A DNA stretch of 64,000 nt from Octopus sinensis. Taxonomy: Eukaryota. Under the pieces are notes generated by a model, which saw only the letters and a program-made list of their open reading frames with translations, ran no database searches and was not told where the DNA came from. A program made the position numbers and the translations under genes. This document shows, piece by piece, positions 63,963-64,000 of the stretch. Positions within the stretch are counted from its first letter, which is position 1. Each line of letters opens with the position of its first letter. The stretch lies in contig NC_043000.1 in assembly GCF_006345805.1 (NCBI RefSeq), forward strand, positions 78,802,001-78,866,000, written 5' to 3'.

Positions 63963-64000
63963 GAGAGTGTACGAAGAACGATTGAAAGATGTAGCACGAA

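Larger units (their letters stand above)
59314..64000 (+). mobile_element. Tx1/L1-group LINE with ORF1 and ORF2 (decayed; runs off window)
   Basis: ORF1 homologous to units A-C, followed by an APE-RT-Zn ORF2. Confidence 0.9.

Overview
AT-rich, microsatellite- and retroelement-laden eukaryotic DNA with tRNA-derived SINEs typical of octopus/coleoid cephalopods (host inferred from repeat style only). (1) A ~44-kb inverted duplication: arm 1 = 1-~15460, arm 2 = ~28920-43788. It carries two convergent copies of a cysteine-rich gene made of tandem ~37-aa pacifastin/VWC-like domains (16 vs 12 domains). For copy 2 I can reconstruct a full model: TATA 48196-48189, signal-peptide exon 48101-48044, a 4.3-kb phase-1 intron, and a large exon 43736-42343 (483 aa). 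(2) The spacer holds a chain of Ty3/Gypsy units separated by mutually different LTRs, plus a mariner remnant. (3) At least nine hammerhead-ribozyme-like motifs from Penelope-type repeats, including an intact pair inside a spacerless 744-bp palindrome, and a Neptune-like Penelope element. (4) At 53.1-59.2 kb, a head-to-tail array of ORF1-only (HAL1-like) Tx1 derivatives, each bounded by a 7-bp CCAGTCT-like motif and ending in a covarying 3' stem-loop, next to a decayed Tx1-type LINE with ORF1+ORF2. There are no prokaryotic features, no CRISPR and no true tRNA/rRNA genes. All alignments and RNA folds were done by eye; boundaries of degenerate repeats are approximate.
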